Positions 34,766 to 47,651 of a stretch of DNA of 64,000 nucleotides are shown piece after piece (the first letter of the stretch is position 1; the number at the start of each line of letters is the position of its first letter). The stretch is from Macrostomum hystrix. Its lineage: Eukaryota > Animalia > Platyhelminthes. Location of the stretch: assembly GCA_950097015.1 (NCBI GenBank), contig CATNEN010000038.1:10168001-10232000 (forward strand), read 5' to 3'. The position numbers and the translations under genes are program-made. Under the pieces are notes generated by a model. It worked only from the letters and a program-made list of their open reading frames with translations, did not search any database and was not told the DNA's origin.

Positions 34766-37700
34766 TCAGACGGCCATTGTGGACTGGAAGTTATGCCGCA
34801 AGCCCAGCTGCTGCTGCTGCCGCGGTGGTCCATGCAGCTGGTAGCTCTGCACCAGGGAGCTGCCGCCACCAGTACTGTACGCAGTTGTCGACCCAGCAGA
34901 GCCAGCGCTTGACCCTGGCGGACTCATCTGCGGCACCGGCACAGGAATGATCCGCTGGGAGGCCAGCTGCGGCATCAGCTGGGTTGTCGCCGCTGTCAGC
35001 CGCTCGCCGCTAAACGCCGTCGAGTTTGTGTGCCCAGCTGATGAGCCCTGCGAAGAATTTGACAGCTCCACCAGGAGCTCACTCTGCAACTGGCGCAACC
35101 GGTTGCGAAGCTCCGTAGCCGTCACTCGATGTACTATTGGCTGCGACCAGCACTCCAGCATGAGGCTGTACAGTTTTGACGGACAGTCCTGTGGGCAGGC
35201 CAGCAATTGACGCTGTCTCACCAGCTCAATTACCTCGCTGTTTGTATAGCCGTAGTAGGGCTGCAGGCCGTAGGACCAGATCTCCCAGAGCAGCACACCG
35301 AAACTGTACGCGTCACTGTACGTAGTAAACTGGCCGTATAGTGTGGCCTCCGGTGGCATCCAGCGAATTGGTAGGCGACTGCCCGGCCGCAGCAGGTAGT
35401 AATCGGGAGCGTATACGTCGCGGCACTGACCCAGGTCGCTCAGCTTGCAATCGAGTTTTTCGCCCAGCTGAATATTCCTGGCGGCGATGTCCCGGTGTAC
35501 TAAACAGCGAAGCGCTAGATATTCCACAGCTGATGCCACCTGGATGGCCATGTGGAACATCTGGGCCTGACTCAGCGGATCGTGATAATCTCCACTGTGA
35601 TCGCACCGCGGACTCCTATAGGCGAGGTACTCATGAAGGTCGCCGTGCGGCGGAAGCTCCATGGCCAGGCAGCGGGGACTCTGGCGTAACGACACACCAA
35701 GCAGGCGCAGCAGGTTCGGGTGGGACAGGCCGGCGAGGCGCTGCAGCTCCTGGGAAAATTCTTCCTGCAGAGCGGCGTCAGCGCCAGCGTTCAGGCACTT
35801 GATGGCAACGGGTGTCAGCGAGGTCTCGCTGTAGACGCCAATCAGTTCGCCTTTGTAGACCCGACCAAACGCTGATTCGCCGAGCTGCTCGCCAAAGCTT
35901 TCGGATTTTAATGATAGATGTTTCAATTGCCAATTGTTGACATGAATTTACTACTTTGGCTTATTAGATTTAACTAGAATAGAACTTCCCAAGTGATAAC
36001 TGGGAATAAAATTTATGAGAGATCTGGAGTTCGAGTCTCAGCTGCCACTCGAACTGCCCTAAGGATACCATTGAGGCAAATTATTAACTCGAGCTGAAAG
36101 CCAAAAAAACTTTACCGAATCTGTGTGATGGGGAACTCTTGCGCGTTGAGCAGCGGCGTTGAGCACTGAAGGTCCAGACGCACATCAGATTCGGACTTCT
36201 TCGTCACCGCCAGGCGCATCGCCTTGCCGCCGAGGCCATCTGAAGCTGCCGCGGCTGCAGCGTCTGCGGCTGCAGCCGCCTTTGCAGAGCGGCGATAGAC
36301 GCAACAGACAACGGTTAGCACGATGGCGATAATGACTAGAACTGCCAGGCTGATGCTGATCGGCAGAAGCTCCTTGATTGAAATGACAATGCCTCCGCTG
36401 TCACCTTTATCGCCTAATTGGTTTCTGTTGCTGCCGTCAAGGATTGCCGGACCTGAAGTTATTTCAAGTCGATTGAAGGAAACGTTGTTTGTGTTCTTCA
36501 AAGCTGAATTCTAAACTATTTTTATAATTAAAAAACCCACCTTCCCTATCTCGCTGTGGTGGCCGAGGTGTGTACCAAACTGGCGGTGGCGGTGGCGGTG
36601 GCGGCTTTGGACACTGTGGCACGTCGCAGTCCTCCCATTCGCCTGCTCCAGAAACGAAGCACCATGGCGGCGGATGTGGCCCAGCCACTGGCGGACTGCG
36701 ACACCGATTGTGACTGCCAACTGTGCTGTAGCCAGGGATAAGCGTCCACGGCAGGCAGACACGACCGGAGCGGCTGTGGGAAGCGGAGCCGCGATACGAA
36801 GTGGCGTCGCTGGCATTGTAGCAGTCCAGAACGGCTGGCCTGAGTGTTGGAAGTAGCGGTGGAGGCGGCGGCGGTCGTGGTGGAACAGGTGGCTTGACAG
36901 TTGACTGTTGCGTTGTGATCAGAGAGACGCACTGTTGGTTGCTGTTCTCCACTGGTAGCGAACCACAGTTTGGCAGCAGGCTGATGTAGTCTATGGCGTA
37001 GAAAATATTGGAGAGATGTACTTTTTCTATTATTCAATGTTTCCTAAATTACTAAAGGATTTCCTAAAGGACTATTAAATAGTAATCTTGACATTTTCAA
37101 AGTAGGCACTAGGTATCACAGCTTACCGACATCTGAGTGTGCATTCTCCTGAAAATAGCCCAGACTGGCTCGAAGTTTCTCGAAATTCTCCCGGCATCTA
37201 TGCTGCGTCACCAGCTGGCAGTCGCGACGGCACAGGCGCCGGGGCCGCGGGCCCGACAGTCCAGATCGCAGGCACTCGGGAAAATTGTACCGACACAGGG
37301 TCTCCATGAGAGGCTGCGTGCACTCTGTATCGTTCACCAGGTCAGCCATGCGTTGCAGCACTGTCAATGCGTGTTTTATTTGCGTTACAAAGCTTGAAAA
37401 TATTCTTAGACTGTTAGTCATCTGACTGCTTGATGCTTTTACTTGCTTCGTAGTTCCCTGGCGCTTCTTGTAAAAAGCGGCTTACTGGCTCGCAGCTTGA
37501 AGTGCTGCGAAATTGATTCTATTAACTCTGTTTACCTAAGGACAATAAGCCTAAGCTAAATTTTGAACGCATTTAGTTTTAACCTGTCTCTGTGGCCTTC
37601 ATTTATCTTTCTGATTAAAAAACTCCTCTGTCTGATCATCGCCCTCTCTCCACTATTCTGACTGTCAAGTTTCGCTTTCCAACCAGTTATTTCCTAGTGG

Positions 37701-38875
37701 GCCAACAAGCAAGCAGATACAACTCACACTGCAGCAGCTCCGCCTCTTTGTTATACTGAAACACATTCGACAGCACAAAGACGTCTCGCCCGCTTAGAAA
37801 GCTGCTGCAAACGTTCGGCTTGAAGTTCTGACAGAAGCCGGTCTCTGGTGCGCCGCCGGAGTCGCCATCAGAGGTCGCGGAAGAAGACGAAGAGGACGGC
37901 GGCCGCTTGTCTTTTTTAATCGGGCGCTGGGTGGGCAGAACGGTCAGCTTGCCAGTTGTCTCAGCGCTGCCGCCGAGGTTGCTGCCGACGCATCGGTACC
38001 ACCCAGAGTCCGACACTTTCAGCTGGCGGATTTGTAGACTGCCGTTGGCATGCGAAATGCGGTGAATGACGAAGAAATGACGAACGAACGAACGAACGAA
38101 CGAACGAACAAACGAACGAACGAACGAACGAACGAACAAACGAACGAACGAACGAACGAACGAACGAACAAACGAACGAACGAACGAACGAACGAACGAA
38201 CGAACGAACGAACGAACGAACGAACGAACGAACGAACGAACGAACGAACGAACGAACGAACGTGCGAACGAATGAACGAGCGAACGAACGAACGAACGAA
38301 TGAACGAGCGAACGAACTAACTAACAAAAACAAACAATCGAACAAATACAGACGAAAAATAATATTTCAACTTGAGCTTACAGAGCTCCATACAGGGTGA
38401 CTTCAGGTTTCAGTCTGACATCATGGCCACCATCTCCGATGGGAACTGCGTCCTTAAACCATACATAAGTTGGCATCGGTTTACCAACAATATCACAATA
38501 GATGGTGACCGACTCGCCCAAGTATTTTGTCTCATTAACGATATCTCTTGCCAGTGTGATTGAGTGGCGCGTGATCAATGGATCGTCCGGGTTGCGCCGG
38601 ATATTGTCTGGTCTGTGGGTGGTTGTCGTGCAATTCGAATTGTACTTTAACGTGAGAATAGGGGTTGTCGCAAGTCGCGAGATTTCTGGCTGAACATTCA
38701 GCGCGGCTTACATGACGGGCAGTGAGCCAACATCGCTGTACACAGGTTTCGGCGCCTCCGTAGCCAACACCGGTCCAGCCAGCACAGCAGCGAAGATGAC
38801 ACATGCCGTGTAAGCGAGCTTGAGCACTGATTGACCCCACAGAGACGCCCGAACTCTGATCTGGCAGAGTGACAT
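34766..38875 (-). CDS. ROR: ROR-family receptor tyrosine kinase (signal peptide, Ig, Frizzled CRD, kringle, TM, kinase, S/P/Q-rich tail), 7 coding exons
   Basis: Exons 38875-38712, 38612-38382, 38038-37728, 37360-37127, 36990-36541, 36452-36116 and 35897-34766, all phase-compatible GT-AG. Ig YCDIVGKPMPTYVWFKD..DSGWYRC; CRD LCRYNFPEC..LCRRDC..LPNC; kringle CY..SYRG..SGRVCLPW..HNRCRSP..PWCF..CDVPQC; kinase RFGEQLGESAFGRVYKG, VAIK, HRDIAARN, SDLG..VYAPDYY, LPIRWMPPE and WEIWSYGLQPYYG. Confidence 0.95.
38080..38320. repeat. (GAAC)n microsatellite in a ROR intron
   Basis: Directly visible, between the two Ig-domain exons. Confidence 0.97.
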
Positions 38876-38994
38876 TTGTCTAAAGGAGCCTGGAACGGTT
38901 CAAGAATATATCAGTTTAGGGACCCTTTGCCAATTCGAAACTTTCATGCTCTGACTCTCACCTGAGTTCACTCTCACTCTCACTAGCACCTTCA

Positions 38995-39665
38995 CTGATT
39001 CTCACCGTCTCTTATCCTGAATCTCACCGTCTCGCATCCTGACTCTCACCGTCTCTTATCCTGACTCTCACCGTCTCCTATCCTGACTCTCACCGTCTCT
39101 TATCTTGACTCTCACCGTCTCCTATCCTGACTCTCACCGTCTCTTATTCTGACTCTCACCGTCTCTTATCCTGACTCTCACCGTCTCTTATCCTGACTCT
39201 CACCGTCTCCTATCCTTACTCTCACCGTCTCTAATCCTGACTCTCACCGTCTCTTATCCTGACTCTCACCGTCTCTATCTTGACTCTCACCGTCTCCTAT
39301 ACTGACTTTCAACGTCTCTTATCCTGACTCTCACCGTCTCCTATCCTGACTCTCACCGTCTCTTATCCTTACTCTCACCGTATCTTATCCTGACTCTCAC
39401 CGTCTCTTATCCTGACTCTCACCGTCTCTTATCCTGACTCTCACCGTCTCCTATCCTGACTCTCACAGTCTCCTATCCTGACTCCGATCGTTTCTTATCC
39501 TGACTCTCACCGTCTCTTATCCTGACTCTCACCGTCTCCTATCCTGACTCCGATCGTTTCTTATCCTGACTCTCACCGTCTCTTATCCTGACTCTCACCG
39601 TCTCTTATCCTGACTCTCACCGTCTCCTATCCTGACTCTCACCGTCTCTTATCCTGACTCTTACG
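38995..39665. repeat. 22-bp minisatellite (CTGACTCTCACCGTCTCTTATC)n
   Basis: Directly visible, just upstream of the first ROR coding exon. Confidence 0.96.
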
Positions 39666-40379
39666 GTCCCAATCTGACTATCTTGCGAATTGTATCTGCA
39701 CCAAATAGCAGCGAATTCAGTATAACAATGAGAAACTTATTTTAAGCAGACTAATTTAGCAAATGTGCAAATTAGACACATTTGAGTAAACACAAAACTA
39801 TTAAGCTGTCCCTGGATGGGGCATCCGTATGCTCATCGAGAATTTGAGGCGCCATCAAGAGCGGTTGCCAATGACGCGCCGCGGACTCAGTAAAACAGTC
39901 AGGCGACAATGACAGTTTTATAGAGGATTTTGCATTTCTGGTTTCGTGGAAAGTGGGGAATAATTCAAGTAACTGCCCAGACCAGACCAAACCACAAGCT
40001 CAGTGGCATTTTTGGACTCAAATGGGAAGCTTTAGTGTCGCCATGCAGTCTCTGCTCTCCCTCAATGTACACACTCTCATTCTCTCGCACAAGTTTATTA
40101 AACAATATAATTTATTCACAACAAAAACAGGGGCCCAGTCACGCACGAGATTCGGGAACGTGTTTATAAGCTAAACAATTAACCAAATGAGGTTTATCAA
40201 TCAAATATTTTTGAATAATGGACACCTGAGTGCTTTAAATTACTGAGACAATTTTTTGTTTGTTTACAAGCTTTTTGCCAAATTCAATTTGCTAATATCG
40301 TAGAGTTTAAAGAAAAATGGAATTAGAAAAAATGAAACATTGGTAGACAAAGTACAAGTAGATTAGATTGTACACAGGG

Positions 40380-40975
40380 TAGAGGAGAAAGTAGATAAGG
40401 TAGAGGAGATTGTAGATAAGGTAGAGGAGATGGTAGATAAGTGAGAGAAGATAGTAGATAAGGCAGAGGAGATGGTAGATAACGTAGAGCAGATGGTAGA
40501 TAAGGTAGAGGAGATGGTAGATAAGGTAGAGGAGATGGTAGATAAGGTAGAGGAGATGGTAGATAAGGTAGAGGAGATGGTAGATAAGGTAGAGGAGATG
40601 GTAGATAAGCGAGAGAATATTGGTAGATAAGGTAGAGAGGATGGTAGATAAGGTAGAGAGGATGGTAGATAAGGTGGAGGAGATGGTAGATAAGGTAGAG
40701 GAGATGGTAGATAAGGTAGAGGAGATGGTAGATAAGGTAGAGGAGATGGTAGATAAGCGAGAGAATATTGGTAGATAAGGTAGAGAGGATGGTAGATAAG
40801 GTAGAGAGGATGGTAGATAAGGTGGAGGAGATGGTAGATAAGGTAGAGGAGATGATAAATAAGTGAGAGAAGATTGGTCGATAAGGTAGAGTATAAGGTA
40901 GAGATAAGGTAGAAATGGTCGAGGAGATGTTAGATAAGGTAGGGAAGGTGGTAGATAAGGGAGAGTAGATTGTAG
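40380..40975. repeat. 21-bp purine-rich minisatellite (GGTAGATAAGGTAGAGGAGAT)n
   Basis: Directly visible. Confidence 0.95.
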
Positions 40976-42154
40976 ACAATTCAATGAGACAGAAGAGAAT
41001 TAGACAAAATAATATACTTGTACATCTGGAGTAACATAGATCCTAAAATAGGGAGAACCGAAAGAACGATTTGAGTGGGGGACTGTAAAAAGAAAAAAGT
41101 CAATTAAGGAACAGTTGCAGATTAAGTAGATAGTTGAAGCAGATAGAAGATGCTGCTGAGATGCTAAATAAGTGCAGACGCGTTGTAGACACGTTGGAGA
41201 CATGCAGACAGCAGACAGGGAGGGCAAAATAAAGTTTAAAAAAAAAGAATTTTTCCACTTTTCCATGGTCTGGCTGCACGCGACCGCACACCTGCACCGT
41301 CACACTCGGCTTAATTGGCAGCGGTATTTGGCGACCCACCCCAGCCCCCTAGCCCAGAGACTAAAATTTGAGAACAGTTCGAGACAATTTGTTCTGCGTA
41401 GAAATTTATAGTGAGGGTTGATTGCTCAAAATTTGAACTCATTGGCGGGGGGCCTGAGTCCTGAGTCCTGACGGACAATTTTAAAACTCAGCAACTCTCG
41501 CTGGGCATTTACAGGGAGGAGGCGGAGCTGACGGTCTCAGACATGTCAATCAAGGCGAGATTGCGGCCCTTCGCCGCAGCCTCTATAACCATGAGGGCGC
41601 CGGGCCTTGGGGTGGCATTGTTCCGGGCCAGGAAAGGAGACTGTCTGGTGGGTGGGTGACGTTTTGGGCGACTAAATGTGGGACCTAACTAAGGAGAATT
41701 GTTAGGAGGGGGCCAGTTTGGTGGGAGCCGAGTGACTCACTGCGTCAAATCCCTTTGAATAGGGAAGTGAGGAAGTGGAGGAACAATCGCTACCACCCAC
41801 CCCGGTTGAGGATGCGACTGAAGGATCTGGGGGGAGGGGAGTGAGAATGATTGGCAGCCGTCACACAAGCGGACTGAGAGGCGAGAATGGACTGACTAAC
41901 TAGCGGGCTTGTCTGACCAGCTAGAGTGAAAGTGGTTCCAGATAATTGGCGAAATTGAGAACTGCGAATCTGATTATATCGATTTGCCAAGAGGAATTTA
42001 CTAAGGGTTGCTCATCTATGCTCTAGTGCAGCAAATCTATTTTTTTATTTCGTATCATTGAGATTCACAGCTTTGCATATTTTTACATAATCCTCAGTTA
42101 ACAGAACTGTGCCGTTTTAACAGGAGAATACCTTAGGTTATAATTCTATAATTC

Positions 42155-42890
42155 ATCAGTTTCTAGTCCTAGAATCCCTCAGTTTCTAGTCCTAGAATCC
42201 ATCAGTTTCTACTCTAAGAATCCCTCAGTTTCTAGTCCTAGAATCCCTCAGTTTCTACTCCTAGAATCCCTCAGTTTCTAGTCCTAGAATCCCTCAGTTT
42301 CTACTCCTAGAATCCCTCAGTTTCTACTCCTAGAATCCCTCAGTTTCTATTCCTAGAATCCCTCAGTTTCTATTCCTAGAATCCCTCAGTTTCTACTCCT
42401 AGAATCCCTCAGTTTCTACTCCTAGAATCCCTCAGTTTCTACTCCTAGAATCCCTTAGTTTCTACTCCTAGAATCCCTTAGTTTCTACTCCTAGAATCCC
42501 TTAGTTTCTACTCCTAGAATCCCTCAGTTTCTACTCCTAGAATCCCTTAGTTTCTAGTCCTAGAATCCCTCAGTTTCTATTCCTAGAATCCCTCAGTTTC
42601 TATTCCTAGAATCCATCAGTTTCAATTCCTAGAATCCCTCAGTTTCTAGTCCTAGAATCCCTCAGTTTCTACTCCTAGAATCCCTTAGTTTCTAGTCCTA
42701 GAATACCTCAGTTTCTATTCCTAGAATCCCTCAGTTTCTACTCCTAGAATCCATCAGTTTCTACTCTAAGAATCCCTCAGTTTCTACTCCTAGAATCCAT
42801 CAGTTTCTACTCTAAGAATCCCTCAGTTTCTATTCCTAGAATCTCTTAGTTTCCGCTCCTAGAATCCCTCAGTTTCTACTCTAAGAATAT
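42155..42890. repeat. 23-bp minisatellite (CCTAGAATCCCTCAGTTTCTACT)n
   Basis: Directly visible. Confidence 0.96.
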
Positions 42891-43584
42891 ATAATATTGA
42901 ATTATTAGAATCCCTCAGACTTCACACACAAAATAACCAAGGGGATATTTCTCTACTCTAAAATTCATTGCGATCTGAAAATCCTTTGAAACTCAGGCAA
43001 AAGGCTGAAGATGCTAATCGAGGTTAAAATCAATTTTCTCAGCTTTAAGTGGCTGCTCTGATTGTGTTCTGTTTTCTTATCGAGCTTTTTTGCTGTCTTT
43101 AAGCAAACTCAACTCAACAACTGGATTACGCAACCGTTTCCCATGCGAGTTAGACTGCTCACTTCACAATGGCCAGAAGGAAATCGATTTAATATAGCTA
43201 CAGCTAAACTGAAGACCCAGCAGAATGGGCAGATGAACCAGCTCCAGTTGGCGCGCAGAGTCCCACTTGAGTCCATGGCATGCAGACACGACTCAAACAC
43301 ACAGCCTAACAGACACTGTCAATATTTCTGAGCTGCCTCCTGGCTGATGCAGCCATGGCTACCTTTTCCTAGACCTGGCGCCATTTTCTGTCTACTTTTT
43401 TTTCGTTCCGCGACCAAATAGATTTTTCTGAAGCTCTCTTTCCATATTTGCCCAACGATTCAAACCCTATAGCTGAAACAGTATTTCAGTCTCTTTCTCT
43501 GCCTCTCTGCCTCTCAGTCTTAGTCTGAGATGTTGCAGGAGTGCTGCGGGTACTGGCATCCGCTGAATCCTGAGCACACACGCA

Positions 43585-43722
43585 CACAGGCGTGTACATT
43601 TGCCCTGACTTTCACTGTACACTCTCACTGTGCCTCAAAGGTTGGCCCTCAAGGAGCGTAAATTGCACGACAAGCCACCAAGCCTTCTCTCCGCTGCTGC
43701 GCCCCAAATGAATGTGGCCTCG
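43585..43722 (+). repeat. Dispersed repeat family C, copy 2
   Basis: Colinear similarity to 29860-30012. Confidence 0.7.
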
Positions 43723-44307
43723 CTGCGGAATCGAGCTCAGGGACCTTGGTGCGAGAGGCAAACGTGTTAACCTCCTTCTGTGTCTCTATCAACCAATCTT
43801 TCTCTTTAACAGTAAAAGCCGTAAATTTAAATGTTAAGGCACGGGAGAAGCGCAAACTTTTTGTCTCGCGAAAACGCCCGACCCTTTTTGCTTTCACTTT
43901 TTCTTTTTTTGCTGCTCTTTACAGGGACAAAAATTAGTATGGAAAACAGTTTTTTATGACAATAGGTAAAAATGTGAAATTCAAATCGTGGGACCGCTTC
44001 AACTGAAGCAATGCGGAGTGAAAATCTCAGCAGCGTGACTAACTAACGCTGGCTTTTTGAACTTTGCGAAATTATGTTTTTTCCCTGTTTCACAATCAGC
44101 AACTGGGCAGGTTATCTCGAATTCCGCAAAATGCACAGGTGTCTGTCGACCCGGCGATATTGATGGCCTCTAGCGACTAAGAATGCAACCACTTTTCACA
44201 GGTGTACCTTGCTGCGAACTTAACTTTATCTGCTTTCATCTGTTGACACTGATCAGCTATTCACGATTCATACTGAAGTATTCGCTTTGTCTGAATCCTC
44301 TGCTAAC

Positions 44308-44692
44308 TGTCTCTCTCTGTCTCTCGTCTCTGTCTCTCTATCTCTCTGTCTCTCTGTCTCTCTGTCTCTATGTCTCTATGTCTCTATGTCTCTGTCTCTC
44401 TGTCTCTATGTCTCTATGTCTCTCTGTCTCTGTCTCTCTGTCTCTATGTCTCTATCTCTCTCTATGTCTCTCGTCTCTGTCTCTCTATCTCTCTATCTCT
44501 CTGTCTCTCTATCTCTCTGTCTCTCTCTATGTCTCTCGTCTCTGTCTCTATCTCTCTGTCCCTCTGTCTCTCTGTCTCTATGTCTCTGTCTCTCTGTCTC
44601 TGTCTCTCTGTCTCTCTGTCTCTCTGTCTCTATGTCTCTGTCTCTCTGTCTCTCTGTCTATCTCTATGTCTCTGTCTCTGTCTCTATGTCTC
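44308..44692. repeat. Compound (TCTCTG/TCTCTATG)n microsatellite
   Basis: Directly visible. Confidence 0.95.
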
Positions 44693-45674
44693 ATTTCGAG
44701 TCCACATCAAGTTGAGCAAGTCAATAAGAACAATGGAACTTACTGAGCCAGCAGTGAGCAATGCTGCAGAGTCAGATGTTGAGCCAGATAGCAGCTTATC
44801 AATGAAATTTATCAAAGCGGACTTGGCAGGTTTGACACAGACCGCATCGGAAGCGGCCGAGTAATACTTGAATTATCTTTCTCCGTCTCCGCCGTAGGAA
44901 CTTCTCTGCAGTAATTTAAATTGAGTGCAAGCGGTATAAGGGGGGGCAGAAATGCCTTGAAACACTACATTCTCGTGTGTTAAATATAAGCCCACTAGAC
45001 GAATAGCGAACTGGCAATGGTTGAACGGCCCTAGCCAATCAGCTGTGGGTAGCGTCAGGCTACATTTACTGTAAGATGGACCGAAACATGTGCCACACCT
45101 GATCATTCAATATTCTTCTTCTTCTTAAAGAGTTTTTTTAAGAGGCTTCGATTGCCATTTTGCGTATGACATGTCATTGCATGGTATTCCTCGTTCGTAT
45201 ATACACGACCTAAGATTGTTATATACTGGCGAACGGGAGCGGGATTAGACCCTTTTGGGATACAAACGAAGCCTATAGCTCTTGGTCCGTTCAATAATGT
45301 GCAAAGCTCTTTAAAACCATTTGGTTTGAACGTGACCGACGCTTAAATACGAGCTAATATAATAGGTCCGAATGACTTTCAATTCAGTCTAGCATAAGCA
45401 TCGAGTGACTACTTGGGAAAGGATTCTGGAATTGTAGAAACCATTTTCACCGAGCCGCTCTTGGGATAATGCCAAAACAGAATCCATTAAGGGCTCCGGG
45501 CGATGCTGCGGAATCAGAGAAGGAATTCCTTGATAGCATTCTCTACCTCCGGCACATCAGTCACTTTTTCTGCTGTCCATTTCCCGCTGTCAATAAATTT
45601 TGCATTTTCTCTTTTAAACTATACCGGTACGTTCTTGCTGCTAGTTTTACATTTTTTATTCATAGCATTCAAAA

Positions 45675-46280
45675 TCTCTCCCCTGTCTCATCTCTCCCTG
45701 TCTCATTTCTCCACTGTCTCATCTCTCCCCTGTGTCATCTCTCCCCTGTCTCATCTCTCCCCTGTCTCATCTCTCCCCTGTCTCATCTCTCACCTATCTC
45801 ATCTCTCTCCTGTGTCATCTCTCCCCTGTGTCATTTCTCCCCTGTCTCATCTCTCCCGTATCTCATCTCTCCCAGATCTCATCTCTCCCAGATCTCATCT
45901 CTCCAGTGTCTCATCTCTCCCGTGCCTCATCTCTCTCCTGTCTCATCTCCCCTGTCTCATCTCTCCCTGTCTCATCTCTCTCATGTCTCATCTCATCTGT
46001 CTCATCTCTCCCCTGTCTTATCTCTCCCCTGTCTCATCTCTCCTCTGTCTCAACTCTCCCCTGTCTCAACTCTCCCCTGTCTCATCTCTCCCCTGTCTCA
46101 TCTCTCCCATGCCTCATCTCTCCCATGCCTCATCTCTCCCTACCCCATCTCTCCGTTGTCTCATCTTTCCCCTGTCTCATCTCCCCCTGTCTCATCTCTC
46201 TCGTGTCTCATCTCTTCTGTCTCATCCCTCCTGTCTCATCTCTCCTGTCTCATCCCTCCTGTCTCATCTCTCCCCTGTCT
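45675..46280 (+). repeat. 16-bp minisatellite (TGTCTCATCTCTCCCC)n, degenerate
   Basis: Same family as 2815-3333. Confidence 0.93.
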
Positions 46281-46932
46281 TTTGTTCTCATCTTCAGGCC
46301 TTGAGGTACTTCTTAAAGGTACACAAAGCAGCCGATGTCCTGCCGCAGTCCAATCATTTGGTCAGCAAGGTACTCAGGACAGTGCTCAGAGTTCCTAGGT
46401 TTCAGAATTCAGACAATGACAGAAAGCGCATGCCTTTCGACTGCCGTGTCATCTGTGTCAGCCAGGATTGGCTAGTTTGATAAGTCAAGTTCCACGCAAA
46501 TAGGCCAGCATGGGTCCCGCTTGATCTTTGAGCACGAGATTAGATCTCTGAGTCATTTATCATTGTGGCTATGTAGGCTTTGATAGACAGCTTAGGTTGG
46601 GTTTTTAGAATTATCTGCACGACTATCCAATTGAATTGGCAGTCAATTCAAAAGGATTGCGTATATGACAATGTTAGATAGGAGTTAGATTGGAATCCTC
46701 GCTTCAGTCCTCCTAGATTTTCTCCGTCGTCGACATGTTATTGTTAATACTGTATACTTTGCTTTGGCCCCTAAAAAGCGGGCTCCTCCCGCGTGGTGGC
46801 ATGGGAGGCGGTTTGGGTCGGCTCTGAGAAGTCCCAGCAATTTGTTAGCCCCGCTCGCGTGCTTCTTCATTCATGGCGCAGGGCAAGAAATGAAATACAT
46901 AGGAACCGCAGCGCCTGGAGGGGATTCAACGC

Positions 46933-47000
46933 TGCCTGCCTGTCTGCCTGCCTGTCTGCCTGCCTGTCTGCCTGCCTGTCTGCCTATTTGTCTGTCTGCC
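46933..47000. repeat. (GCCTGCCTGTCT)n short repeat
   Basis: Directly visible. Confidence 0.85.
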
Positions 47001-47651
47001 TTTCAACCGAAGCACTGACTTGGTTTGGCGACGAAGTCTGCTTGCAAAAGAAGTCACTATATGTGATATTCCCTGGAGGCATTTCATTATTTGCTTATCT
47101 TTTTGTAGCCATGCGAAAATCGTTGCGCAAATTTGTTCCTTTGGGCATAATTCGGATATCGAATGCTATAATTCCATCTAAGAAAAAATGTTGCCAATGT
47201 TAAAACTGCAGTTTTCTGGAGAACAAGACAAGCTTGCATGAGAACAGCTTTTGCTGCGAGAGCTGTAGCAACACGGTCAGAAGTTTAATTCTCTAACCCA
47301 GAGCCCATTGCCCAGCATCCCGTTTGCCCACTATGTGAGCACACAGTTACCTGTTAATCAAACTGCAACAATTTGATTGACAAATTTTCAGACCAAGTTT
47401 AGTATAACTTTCTTGTAACTGTACTCAAAACTACCTGTGAAGCCTAGGCATTTTTGGAATGCTTTTTTGCTTCGAATTTAAGTTAGAGGTGAGTCACTCA
47501 AGCAATGAGAGGGGGACAGTATATGCTGAGCACTGTGGAAGTTTCACCATATTCAAGTGGTGAATGTTAAGCTAAGTTCGGTTCATTGTGAAATAGCAAC
47601 ATTTCTCTATTGCGAAATTTATAAAGATCAATTTAGAAAATCTTTGCTTTA

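Noticed and set aside
37361-37421. Longer ROR CRD exon as given by the ORF track (MTNSLRIFSSFVTQIKHALT)
   Set aside because: The strong GTGAGT donor at 37727 is phase 1 and matches the acceptor before 37360, so the upstream stretch is intronic.
41490-41960. ROR promoter (GC-rich patch with ATTGG, GGCGG and TGACTCA motifs)
   Set aside because: Plausible location, but short motifs occur by chance and no TSS or linking exon could be established from sequence alone.
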